Assembly (NCBI GenBank): GCA_046759185.1
Contig: JBHIBO010000006.1
Span: 992-64,991 of the forward strand
Direction of reading: 5' to 3'
DNA: 64,000 bases
DNA from: Thermoplasmata archaeon
GTDB taxonomy: Archaea; Thermoplasmatota; Thermoplasmata; RBG-16-68-12; JAJISG01
The notes beneath the pieces were generated by a model, which had not been told where the DNA came from, did not search any database, and worked only from the letters and a program-made list of their open reading frames with translations. Below are positions 17,657-26,423 of this stretch, one piece after another (the stretch's first letter is position 1; each line of letters starts with the position of its first letter). The position numbers were made by a program, and so were the translations under genes.

Positions 17657-18415
17657 CTACCGAAATAGGTCTTCCCCGTCGGGTCGGATGGCTTCTCGGA
17701 TGGATCCCTCTTCGACGCGGAACTCCACCCCCCGGACGATGGCGACGGGAACCTTGTCGAGTTTCCCTTTGGCGAGATCTGCCGCAGCGGCCACTTCATC
17801 AGCCAGCGCCACGACAGTGCTCCGAAGCTCGTACCCGTGGGGGTCGCGAAGCCCGCGGTAGTCTCGCAGCGGGGAGAGTCCTGCCACCCCGATGGCCACG
17901 TCCGTGGAGCCCTGTCGCCAAGGCCGTCCGAAGCTGTCGCTCACGATGACTCCCATGCGTGCCGCAAAGGCTTTCTGCAGGTGGTTGCGCAGGCCCCGAG
18001 CCGAAGCATCCGGGTCCGCAGGTAATGCCGTGTAGACTTCCCCTCTGCCGACGTTCGACTGGTCAATTCCGGCATTAGCGCACACGAAGCCGTTACGCGT
18101 TTCCACAATGAGGATTCCCCGCTCCGGCTCCATGCGAACGACACGGCGGGCCTCCCGAAGGACAAGTTCCACTTGTTCCGGGGTCCTCTGGTTCTCCGCG
18201 GCGAACAGGCGGGCGAGGGGCCTAGCCGAGAGGTCCGCCGCCTGAAACACACGGCCTTCCGCCTTGGAGACGATCTTCTGGCTGACAACCACGATGTCCC
18301 CGTCGCGAAGATCCAGGCCTGACTTCCGAACTCCCTCCTCAATCATGGCCGGAAGATTGTCGCCTATTCTGACCTCCGGAAGGTTCTCGACGCCTAACAA
18401 CTCCACCCGTCTCAC
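17657..18415 (-). CDS. cofE: Coenzyme F420-0:L-glutamate ligase
   Basis: LPEV..GD.L, VVSQKIVSKAEGR, VCANAGIDQSN, P.DPD.SA, SDSFGRPWR.G..DVAIG, D.RG..D..G.EL..T. Confidence 0.93.
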   Translation of the reverse strand: MRRVELLGVENLPEVRIGDNLPAMIEEGVRKSGLDLRDGDIVVVSQKIVSKAEGRVFQAADLSARPLARLFAAENQRTPEQVELVLREARRVVRMEPERGILIVETRNGFVCANAGIDQSNVGRGEVYTALPADPDASARGLRNHLQKAFAARMGVIVSDSFGRPWRQGSTDVAIGVAGLSPLRDYRGLRDPHGYELRSTVVALADEVAAAADLAKGKLDKVPVAIVRGVEFRVEEGSIREAIRPDGEDLFR

Positions 18416-19083
18416 GTTCCCTCCCCCTCGAGAGTCCTCAGTCTGGGTCCCAGGTCCCAGTCCTTGAGCAACGCTTTCGCCTGGGACGGGCGGGCAGCCC
18501 TGTACACGAGGAGAAGATCCCGGGGCTCCGCGAGTCGCATCCCCGCGGGGATGCCGTAGACCTCAGGACTCAAACCACGCTCCAGTCCCCCTTGACGCCA
18601 GGACAAGACGTCTCCGGCCTCGAAATCGCCCTGCAGCTCCTCCACCGGCCTCGCAAACACGAGGCTCAACCCCAATCTGCCCGAGGTGGGGACGAGAACC
18701 AAGCCCCGTCCCCCCGCCAGTCGGCCGGACAGAAAGGCGAGATCTTGCGCCTCGAGCAACGCCAAATCGCCGCGCAGCAGGAGGATAGCCTCGCTGCCCT
18801 CATGGAGGCAAGTTTCCCTGACCAGTTGGGTCGTGGTACCTGTCCTTCCCCCGGGCTCAAGAGGACGAATACCTTCCTCCCGACCGAGGGCCATGACGTC
18901 GGGGTCCTGCGAGAGAAGGACGACATCCTCCAACACCCGCGATTCCTGAACGGCCTGCAGCACATCGCGAAGGACAGCTTTCGCCAGTCGACGACGCCGA
19001 CGCTTCGAGAGGAGATTCGCCAGCCCGTCTAGTGAAGAGCCAGGGCGATTCACTGCCACGACGGCCCTCGCCTTCCCACGCAT
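18412..19083 (-). CDS. CofC-like (2-phospho-L-lactate guanylyltransferase fold), degenerate
   Basis: L...LS...R..LA..VLRDVL.A, GDL.LL...DL, LVP...G pattern; lacks AKSRL, GGTN and DVDTPEDL motifs; coupled to cofE. Confidence 0.65.
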   Translation of the reverse strand: MRGKARAVVAVNRPGSSLDGLANLLSKRRRRRLAKAVLRDVLQAVQESRVLEDVVLLSQDPDVMALGREEGIRPLEPGGRTGTTTQLVRETCLHEGSEAILLLRGDLALLEAQDLAFLSGRLAGGRGLVLVPTSGRLGLSLVFARPVEELQGDFEAGDVLSWRQGGLERGLSPEVYGIPAGMRLAEPRDLLLVYRAARPSQAKALLKDWDLGPRLRTLEGEGT

Positions 19084-19240
19084 GGCTTCGCCCATCTCCG
19101 AGGACACACCCGGTTGCCGGTTATCAAGGATGTGGGATGCGAAGCGGGCGTTTCACCCTCCTCCCCCCACCTTCTTTAATTAGCGGTTGGGGTTCCTCCA
19201 GCGTCGCGTGAGGGCCACATCGCGTGGGAGGAACCTAAAG

Positions 19241-19960
19241 GTGAAAGTCCGACAAATCGTCGCCACGGCCGACGCGGAGCGCCTCGTCTGTCGCGCTGCC
19301 CGCGGGGACTACATGAGACAGGCCCCCTGGAACGAGACGTTTGAGGAGGTCATGCGCCCCATCAAGGGAGCGGACATCGACGAGAAGATCGAAAACTTCC
19401 TGGCGCAGCTCATCAGCGCGGGCCACTGGGGGCCCTTCGAACACCCCACCATAACTTTCGGTGTGGAGGGCATGAGTCGAGTCACCCTGGCCCAATTGAC
19501 CCGGCATCGGTTAGCTAGCTTCGACATTCAGAGCGGCCGGTTCGTCAGCCTGCGCAGCCTGGAGCCCGACGACTTCGTCTGGCCCCCGAGCTACACGGAG
19601 GATGCCGTCATCTCTCGGGAGGGGGGGAGAAAGGAAATGACCCTATCTCGGGCCGAGCGGGAGGAGCTCATCACGGGCCTTTTCGCCCAGATGATTGACA
19701 CCTATGACCAGCTCGTGGACAACGGTGTCCCACGCGAGGACGCACGCTACATCTTTCCCCTGGCCACGCCGGTCAACGGGACCATGACGGTCAACGCACG
19801 GAGCCTCATGCACATCATCGCGATCCGGAGTTTTGGGGATGCGCAATGGGAGATTCGCGAGCTCGTGGGACGGATGCTGGAGATTGCCAAGGATTGGATG
19901 CCCGTGGCCTTTCGCATCTTCGAGAAGCGCATGAAGACGCGAGACGTGATCGCGCCCTAG
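19241..19960 (+). CDS. thyX: FAD-dependent thymidylate synthase
   Basis: GH.GPFEH..ITF..EG.SR....QL.RHR.ASF...S.R; EDARY..P; NARSL.H....R....AQWEIR. Confidence 0.92.
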   Translation: MKVRQIVATADAERLVCRAARGDYMRQAPWNETFEEVMRPIKGADIDEKIENFLAQLISAGHWGPFEHPTITFGVEGMSRVTLAQLTRHRLASFDIQSGRFVSLRSLEPDDFVWPPSYTEDAVISREGGRKEMTLSRAEREELITGLFAQMIDTYDQLVDNGVPREDARYIFPLATPVNGTMTVNARSLMHIIAIRSFGDAQWEIRELVGRMLEIAKDWMPVAFRIFEKRMKTRDVIAP

Positions 19961-20030
19961 ACCCGCCCTGCTCATTGTTCCCGAGGTCGGCCTACCAGGC
20001 AGTGGTTCTCCAGCCCGACCGGGGGGAACC

Positions 20031-21110
20031 CTAGGTCCACCGTTGGAGCGTCTCCTGCCCTTCTTCGATCTTCTTCAGTCCGGCTACCCGGACCCCGATG
20101 AGACGGACCTTCTTCGGATAGCTCAGGAACTCCTGGAAGTGCTCCCGCGCCACCGTCTCGATGGTGCGCCTGTCGTTGGAAGGGGCCGTCAGGGTCTTGT
20201 CGCGGGTCATGGTTTCGAAGTCCTCGAACCGAATCTTGATGCTTACCGTCCGGAAGAGGTAGCCGTCATCCCGTACCCGCCAGAAGACGTCGTCCACCAG
20301 GGCCGGCAGCTTGGCGAGAATCCGGTCCCAGTCATCGAGGTTTTCCCCGAAGGTGTGCTCGGTGCTGAAGGACTTCGGTTCCCCGCGGCCTTCCACGGGC
20401 GCTTCCTCCTCCCCGCGGGCGATGGCCCAAAGCCATACACCGCCCTTCCCGAAGGCGGTCGTCAGGTCGTTGGGAGGGGTATCTGCCAACTCGCCGATCG
20501 TCTCGATGCCCATGCGTTTGAGCGCGGCCTTCGTCTTGCTGCCCACGCCGGGGATGTCCGAGACGGGCAGGGGACGCAGGAAGGATTCCACGCGCCCGGG
20601 AGGCACCACAGTGAGACCATCGGGCTTCTCCTTGTCCGAGGCAATCTTGGCGATGGACTTGTTCGGGGCGACCCCCACAGAGGCCGTTAGACCCGTTTCC
20701 TCCTTCACGGCCTTCTTGATCGCCTTGGCCAAGCTGGTCGCCCTCCGAAAGTCCTTGGCCCGATTCGTCACGTCGAGGAACGCCTCGTCGATGCTCACTT
20801 GCTCGAAGCTGCCCGCGAAGGCCTCCAACGCGCGCATGACGTCGTCGGAGATGCGGCCATAGTACGAGAAATCGGGCCGGAGGTAGACCCCCTCCGGACA
20901 CCTGCGGTACGCGGTCGTGATGGGGAGGGCGGAGTGGACCCCCTTCTCCCGGGCCTCGTAGGACGCGGCGGCCACGACGCCCCGCCCTTTCCCCCTCTTC
21001 GGGTCGGCCCCGATGATGACGGGTTTCCCCACCAAGGACGGGTCCCGCAGCCGCTCGGCCTCCACGTAGAAGGCGTCCATGTCGACGTGCATGATGACCC
21101 GGGCCATCAC
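20031..21110 (-). CDS. dinB: DNA polymerase IV (Y family)
   Basis: HVDMDAFY, ASYEAR..GV.SA.P, SIDEAFLD, AKIASD..KPDG, VRLIGVRV. Confidence 0.95.
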   Translation of the reverse strand: MMARVIMHVDMDAFYVEAERLRDPSLVGKPVIIGADPKRGKGRGVVAAASYEAREKGVHSALPITTAYRRCPEGVYLRPDFSYYGRISDDVMRALEAFAGSFEQVSIDEAFLDVTNRAKDFRRATSLAKAIKKAVKEETGLTASVGVAPNKSIAKIASDKEKPDGLTVVPPGRVESFLRPLPVSDIPGVGSKTKAALKRMGIETIGELADTPPNDLTTAFGKGGVWLWAIARGEEEAPVEGRGEPKSFSTEHTFGENLDDWDRILAKLPALVDDVFWRVRDDGYLFRTVSIKIRFEDFETMTRDKTLTAPSNDRRTIETVAREHFQEFLSYPKKVRLIGVRVAGLKKIEEGQETLQRWT

Positions 21111-21150
21111 CGGAAGAATGCGAGGACGCGAATATGAAGACTCCCTTGGT

Positions 21151-21981
21151 TCAGAATTCCGCCAGCGTCTTCTGGCCCGACTGAGGAAACTCCCTTTCGA
21201 TGAGCCCCACGAGGCGATGAAACTCGTTCACGGACCCGGGCCCGAAGCCTGCGAAGTGGTTGTTGAAGAACACGTAGGCCTGGCGGACGTCCTGCATGGA
21301 GTCCCGGATGCGTTCTCCCCAGGTTCCCATCTCCGCGGTCCGATCCTTCTGAAGCTCACCCAGCCGTTTCAGGGACCGATCCCCGATCATGCGAAGGTAA
21401 ATGAGGTCCGAGGTGACGGTGGCCGGCGAATCCAGATACTGCGTGGTGGACCAGGCCTGGGCGACGTTGTGGCTCGCGAGGAGATCGTAGATCTCCTGAT
21501 CGAACCAGGAGGCGTGTCGGAACTCCAAGGCATGGGGGACGTCCGCCCGAATCAGGCCGAGGAACTCCTTCAGAGCCGGCAGGTCCTTCTCGACTTTGAA
21601 GGAAGGCGGAAACTGGACCACGAACGCGCGAAGCTTGGATCCCAACTCGTCGAAGGCAGCGTAGAACTGCTCGAGGGGCCGTTCGATCCCTCGAAGCTTG
21701 AGGTCATGGGTGATCCGCCGGGGGAACTTGGCGGTGAACGCGAAGTCCTCCGGGGTCGCGCGGCGCCAACCCGCCACCATGCCCCTGGGTGGAATCCGGT
21801 AGAAGCTGGAGTCGACCTCCACCACATCAAAGACGGAACTGTAGAGCCGAAGGAAGTCCCGAGGTGGCGTCCCCGTCGGGTAGAAGGTCCCGGCCCAGAA
21901 ATCGTAGGACCAACCGCTTGTCCCCACCAACAGGCGCTTGGCGAGGGAGTCCTTGACCGCCTTGGGCGCCTCGCTGGTCAT
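21151..21981 (-). CDS. DUF72 family protein
   Basis: VGTSGWSY..W...FYP, VEVDSSFY, F.FTAK....ITH, QFPPSF, EFRH.SW, YVFFNNH. Confidence 0.92.
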   Translation of the reverse strand: MTSEAPKAVKDSLAKRLLVGTSGWSYDFWAGTFYPTGTPPRDFLRLYSSVFDVVEVDSSFYRIPPRGMVAGWRRATPEDFAFTAKFPRRITHDLKLRGIERPLEQFYAAFDELGSKLRAFVVQFPPSFKVEKDLPALKEFLGLIRADVPHALEFRHASWFDQEIYDLLASHNVAQAWSTTQYLDSPATVTSDLIYLRMIGDRSLKRLGELQKDRTAEMGTWGERIRDSMQDVRQAYVFFNNHFAGFGPGSVNEFHRLVGLIEREFPQSGQKTLAEF

Positions 21982-22076
21982 GGTGCCGCCGTCTCCAGAC
22001 CCAGTGCGCTCGCAGGATTTCCTCTCTTAAATACGTTGACGGCCCATGGATTCCCCTAGCTCCCGAGCGTAGCAGC

Positions 22077-22409
22077 ATGTCTGAGGTTCGACTCACGGAG
22101 AAGCAGCAACACACTGCGCAACGCGTCTCTCTCATTCACGTGGAAGGGGAAATCGCCAGCCTGGTGGGTCCCTCCCTTGAGATCCGATTCCCTGCCCGGT
22201 GGGCACGGAAGCTCTTGCCGTGGTATCGAGGGACCGGACGGACCATCCTGTGCAACGCCGACGTAAGCCGGTTCAACCTCGTTGGCGCGACGAAGGTCGC
22301 GGACCACCTGATCCTGAGCTACATGGGAGCGGACGGAGAGCTGGCCGCAGAATCCGTAAAGGGCGACTTCATCAAAGCCCTCGATGGTCTCCTGCGGGCC
22401 CGTTCATAA
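22077..22409 (+). CDS. Hypothetical protein
   Basis: 110-aa ORF downstream of CTTAAATA box. Confidence 0.6.
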   Translation: MSEVRLTEKQQHTAQRVSLIHVEGEIASLVGPSLEIRFPARWARKLLPWYRGTGRTILCNADVSRFNLVGATKVADHLILSYMGADGELAAESVKGDFIKALDGLLRARS

Positions 22410-22473
22410 CCACGCGATTGGGGATGGTCGCGGCTGCATCAAGGTTTTATAACGGCCTCCGACTCGGAATCGG

Positions 22474-22548
22474 GGACTCGTAGCCTAGCCTGGACAGGGC
22501 ACCGGCCTTCTAAGCCGGCGATCCCGGGTTCAAATCCCGGCGAGTCCA
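22474..22548 (+). tRNA. tRNA-Arg(TCT)
   Basis: GGACTCG/CGAGTCC acceptor; CCGGC-CT-TCT-AA-GCCGG; CCGGG-TTCAAAT-CCCGG; TTTTATAA promoter at 22445-22452. Confidence 0.95.
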
Positions 22549-22746
22549 TCCGATAAGGCGACGCACGTTCCGCGGATGCCTACGTGTGTCTTTCATTCCT
22601 TCGGGGTTCCTAGGGGACGGGGGCCCCTGGCCTCTCACGCAAGATGGGGCGATCTGAGGGGAGGAGGCCGGCCGCCCCGGCGGCGACTCCCCCGGAGACA
22701 ATTCTCAAGAATCGCCTCCTCGCGAGGATGGAGCCATCGGCGGAAC

Positions 22747-23517
22747 TCACGACGCTCCCTCCGCCTCTTCCCACCGGAGGGCGTACTCGCAGTACGGGTC
22801 TCCATGGCCGATGCATGCCAGTCGCTTGTGGCGAACCTGAGAGCCAAGCTTCTCCGCCACCCCTTCGTGGAAGCCCGTGTCGAAGGAGTCGCAGATCATG
22901 CTGGGACGCTTCAGGGCGAGCTCCTGGAAGGGACAGGTCATCAACCGATACCGGACGAAGCCTTCTGTCTGATCCATGACGGTGGTCAGGGACCCCATCC
23001 GTGGCAGGGCGTCTTGGAGGAACACCCGCACGAACAGCTCGGGGTCCCATTCGCCGACATCGGCCTCACCTGCGACCCCGTCGATGAGCTGCTGGCCGAC
23101 CTGCTTCCCGGCCGCATAGAGCGCCCGGTCCTGCTCATCGGGGGGGAGGCTCTCTCGGATGACACCGAGCAGGACCTCGGACAGGAGACGATACTGCCGG
23201 AAGGGGATTCCCTGGGTGATTCCCGCTGGGCGCAGCCGATATCGGATGGGAGGACGCCCGACGTCACCCTCTTGATGACGCGTGAACCTCTCCACGAGCC
23301 CCTCGGCAATCAGGATGTTGAGGTGATACCGGACGCTGCCCGACCGGAGGCCGGTAGCTCTGATGAGTTCAGAAGTGTCCCGCACCCCCTGGAGCAGTTC
23401 CTTGAGAATGCGCACCCGGACATCGCTCCCTAGCGCCTGGAAAGCCTCGGCCAGGGCGGAGCTTCCCACCTCCTCTGGCTCCAAGAAGCCCCCGGTTCCT
23501 TCGGCGTCAGAGGGCAT
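22747..23517 (-). CDS. ArsR-type HTH transcriptional regulator with C-terminal V4R-like Cys domain
   Basis: AL....R..IL, V.YHL..L...GLV, GRP...Y.L; CPF.ELA.....IC, C...GD..CEY. Confidence 0.8.
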   Translation of the reverse strand: MPSDAEGTGGFLEPEEVGSSALAEAFQALGSDVRVRILKELLQGVRDTSELIRATGLRSGSVRYHLNILIAEGLVERFTRHQEGDVGRPPIRYRLRPAGITQGIPFRQYRLLSEVLLGVIRESLPPDEQDRALYAAGKQVGQQLIDGVAGEADVGEWDPELFVRVFLQDALPRMGSLTTVMDQTEGFVRYRLMTCPFQELALKRPSMICDSFDTGFHEGVAEKLGSQVRHKRLACIGHGDPYCEYALRWEEAEGAS

Positions 23518-23711
23518 TGGAGATAAGCTCCGCCGTGGCGGGAACCAGTCCCCCGTAAGGGCGATCACCGAAAGGCACGACTAGCGGCAGCACAACCTCC
23601 ATCTTGAAGGTTCGCTGTTCTGCTACAAGCTCTTCTTCCATTCCTCTTCCTCATTTAGGTGGAAGCCTCGAAGGTGCGCATCCCAAACTGCCTCAGGGAG
23701 GAGTTTATTGC

Positions 23712-23849
23712 TCATCGGTCTCCGGCCTGCCTTACGAGCTTAATCCGGAACGTCCGTTCCCCCATAGGCTCGAACTCGGCGTGGTCCCTTTCGTCGACGT
23801 CGTAGAGATCCGTGAGGTCCTTCGGGACCGCCACCATAAGAGACCCCAC
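23712..23849 (-). pseudogene. AbrB/MazE-like DNA-binding domain remnant
   Basis: Hand translation VGSLMVAVPKDLTDLYDVDERDHAEFEPMGERTFRIKLVR resembles G.SL.V.IPK......I..GD..EF; preceded in frame by TAG. Confidence 0.45.
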
Positions 23850-23918
23850 CTAAAGGCCCTCCTGCTATGGGCCAAACCCTACTCGGTATGCACCCCGGCG
23901 AGTCCATCCCATCACGAA

Positions 23919-24687
23919 TTACCGTCGAATGGCCTTCCAAATCTCTTCGGAGGGCCACCGACGGGCCCACTCGTTGGTGACGAATGGGAACCGGGTGGTC
24001 GTCCCCTCATCCGGCCGCAACTCAATCAAGTCCTCGACTTCGAACCCGTTCGCCCTCAATAGGCGGATCTAAGCGCCGTACCCGAGGTGGAATTCCACCG
24101 ACTCGACGTCGTTATCGAAGCGGTACATCCCGAAGTAGTCGCGCAGGAGGCGGTCCCCCGCGGCAACCTCGTCTTCGTCGGGGACGCAAAGCATGAGGAG
24201 GGTCCCGTTGACGAGGAAGATGAGCTCCCCCTTCGGGCGAAGCACCCGGGACGCCTCCGGGATCCACCGGTGGGGATCGGACCAGATAGCGGCCCCGTAC
24301 TCGGAAATCGCGAGGTCAAAGCTCTCGTCCGGGAAGGGTAGCGCCTCCGCGATCCCGTGGATGAGCGGAAAGGCCAACCCGAAGTCGCTTTGGAACCTGC
24401 GGGCCCGCGCCAATTGGCCCGGCGAGTTGTCTACTCCTACTACGCGAGCGCCTCGACGTGCCAGCCAGGCGGAGACGTAGGCCGTCCCGCAGCCGATTTC
24501 CCAACACGTCTCGGCCTCGTACGGGAGGGAGGACCTTGAGTTCGGACTCTGGGACGCCCCAGATTCCCCACGAGGGTTCAGAGGCCCAGGCGCGACGTCC
24601 CCCCTCCTCATGCTCGGCCGCCCAGCGATCCCACGCGGTCCGGTTGCGGAGGATGTAATCGGCGGATGGTTCGGTGTTCTGGGTCAC
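23919..24687 (-). pseudogene. Class I SAM-dependent methyltransferase, disrupted
   Basis: Extra G at 24500-24502 splits DVL|EIGCG motif I; in-frame TAG at 24069-24071 followed by a continuing frame IRLLRANGFEVEDLIEL...WPSEEIWKAIRR to TAA 23919. Confidence 0.8.
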
Positions 24688-24781
24688 GGACGGAGGGAAG
24701 CGACGCGAGGATAAGGATTCACACCTGAGACCGAGATCCCGACGTGGAATTCGCTTCGACTTTGAGTTAGGCGCGACTGTT

Positions 24782-25903
24782 TCAATCCCGAGCGGTTCCG
24801 ATCCCGGCGAGCCCGTCCTCCACTCCGAGGAGGGTCACCTCGCTCTCGGGGCCCTTGGCGAGGTAGGCCTCGAGGTCCTCCAGGCTAGTCTGGACCTCCA
24901 TTCCCTCGCGATACAGCTTGAAGCCAAGGCGTTCGTTGATGGAGAGCATCGGGGCGTTGGAGAACGCGTTCCCCGTTCGGACGATTCGGACCTGGGGGAA
25001 CTCCTCGCGGACCCGCAGCAGCATGGCGGCCTTGATCCACTTGCCGAGTCCCCGTCCCCGGTAAGGACGCCGCACCCCCGTCATCCATTGATGAATCATC
25101 CAGTCCTGCTCCGGGTAGTAACCCATCTCCGTGAGTCCCGAGATGGTGCCGTCCTCCTCCCGGGTCACGGCCGTGAGAAGGGTCCCGCCCGCCTCGGCGA
25201 TGCCCGCCTCGTCCTGTCGCCGCCGCTCCGGTGTGAACACCTCATCCCCGAGGTCGAGGTCGTCCCGGGGCATCATGTTCCAGACCTCCGTGAACGCTCT
25301 GCACCATTCCTCCAGCTCTTTATCGTCGATGCGGTTCGTGAACCACGCGAGCTTGGAGCCGGGGGATCGCACGGGGCCCTCGGCCGCCCATTGCTCCACC
25401 ATCGTCCAGTCCACTCGCTCTAAGTCCAACCGACTCTGGCGATCATGCTGTGCATCTTGGGCGCCGACTGCCTTCCAGAAGGCCCGCCCCGACGCCTCCT
25501 CGGCGTACGACATCACGAGGGACTTGTCGTGCTCACGCGCGTAATTGGCCGCCTCTTGGAGGAGCCTCCGACCGATGCCCTGCTGGCGGTAGGAAGGCAA
25601 GAGGGAGATCCAGATCCAGAGAATGTGCTTGTTCTCCTCGTAGCTGGGCCCGTCGGGGCGAGCGAACTCGCGGGTGTGCCAGCCGATCCATTCCTCTGAT
25701 CCGTCCAGGTCGATGACGGCGAAGTCAAGCTCCTTCCAGGCGGTATCGGGCCTTCGCTCTCTCGCTTCTACCGTAGCATCCGCTAGCATGGGGTCGTCGG
25801 GATCGGTCTCCGCATGCCGCGTTCGTCGATATTCGTGGTACCGCGCCCATTCCTCTCTCGTTGCCCGCTGGGGGTCGAACGAGACGACTTTGATGCGAAC
25901 CAT
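24782..25903 (-). CDS. Tandem GNAT acetyltransferase
   Basis: Two AcCoA motifs: P.YRQQGIGRRLL and TGV...YRGRGLGKWIKA; TGNA.SN.PML.IN.RLGF. Confidence 0.85.
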   Translation of the reverse strand: MVRIKVVSFDPQRATREEWARYHEYRRTRHAETDPDDPMLADATVEARERRPDTAWKELDFAVIDLDGSEEWIGWHTREFARPDGPSYEENKHILWIWISLLPSYRQQGIGRRLLQEAANYAREHDKSLVMSYAEEASGRAFWKAVGAQDAQHDRQSRLDLERVDWTMVEQWAAEGPVRSPGSKLAWFTNRIDDKELEEWCRAFTEVWNMMPRDDLDLGDEVFTPERRRQDEAGIAEAGGTLLTAVTREEDGTISGLTEMGYYPEQDWMIHQWMTGVRRPYRGRGLGKWIKAAMLLRVREEFPQVRIVRTGNAFSNAPMLSINERLGFKLYREGMEVQTSLEDLEAYLAKGPESEVTLLGVEDGLAGIGTARD

Positions 25904-26012
25904 GTCGTTCGGGCCTCCTAGCCGTCCCCTCACGGGTAAGGGCCGCGGGACGCCTCCGGAGTCTGGGGGTTCCTGGGAAATCTTGAAAAGGCGCGACCGC
26001 CTCGTCTCCCGG

Positions 26013-26062
26013 GGACCGTCCCCGGAGGATACCGCGGGCTTCCCCGCAGCTGAGGACGGTCT
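26013..26062 (+). ncRNA. Candidate K-turn hairpin sRNA
   Basis: GACCGTCC/GGACGGTC stem, CCG bulge + GAGG opposite CTGA, GCGGG-CTTC-CCCGC cap; promoter-like GAAATCTTGAAAA ~25 nt upstream. Confidence 0.4.
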
Positions 26063-26133
26063 GTCAAGCCATGCCGCGGCCTAGGCGGCCCTGTACTTAT
26101 ATACTTGCCTCCTTAGGGACGCCTGGTGATGCC

Positions 26134-26241
26134 ATAAAGCGGGGCTCCCGTGCTTGGAAGAAGCGCGGGAAGATGCGTTGGAAGTGGCGGAAGAAGCGCA
26201 TGCGCCGCCGCAAGCGCCAGCAGCGGATGCGCCAACGCTAA
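26134..26241 (+). CDS. rpl41e: Ribosomal protein L41e (eL41/eS32), N-terminally extended, AUA start
   Basis: Hand translation (M)KRGSRAWKKRGKMRWKWRKKRMRRRKRQQRMRQR; GGTGA SD at 26125-26129; CTTATATA box at 26097-26103. Confidence 0.85.
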   Translation: MKRGSRAWKKRGKMRWKWRKKRMRRRKRQQRMRQR

Positions 26242-26245
26242 CCGT

Positions 26246-26411
26246 GGGGGCATGGGGTAGCCCGGGATCCTGGCGGGCTCCAGTTAACATGGGGATGAAT
26301 CGCAACGGGTTTGCTGAGTCGTGATGAATAACTGGAGCGATGACCCGACGGACCTCGGTCCGTCCGTGTAGGCGAAACCCGCTGACGGGGGTTCAAATCC
26401 CTCTGCCCCCA
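26246..26411 (+). tRNA. tRNA-Trp(CCA) with 93-nt box C/D intron (26284-26376)
   Basis: GGGGGCA/TGCCCCC-A; GCGGG-CT-CCA-G|A-CCCGC; intron has GATGA, CTGA, GTGATGA, ATGA boxes and guides complementary to the exon-intron junctions. Confidence 0.93.
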
Positions 26412-26423
26412 CTCCTCCAGGCC

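Larger units (their letters stand above)
22536..23909. mobile_element. Integrated islet remnant bounded by a 16-bp direct repeat of the tRNA-Arg 3' end
   Basis: CCCGGCGAGTCCATCC at 22536-22551 and again at 23894-23909; no integrase inside. Confidence 0.65.

Noticed and set aside
10077..19100. Genomic island integrated at tRNA-Ala
   Set aside because: Gene content looks accessory, but I found no exact duplicate of the tRNA 3' end and no integrase.
24069..24071. In-frame TAG as pyrrolysine readthrough
   Set aside because: The same gene has a frameshift, TAG is one change from Trp TGG, many intact genes here end in TAG, and no pyl genes are in the window.
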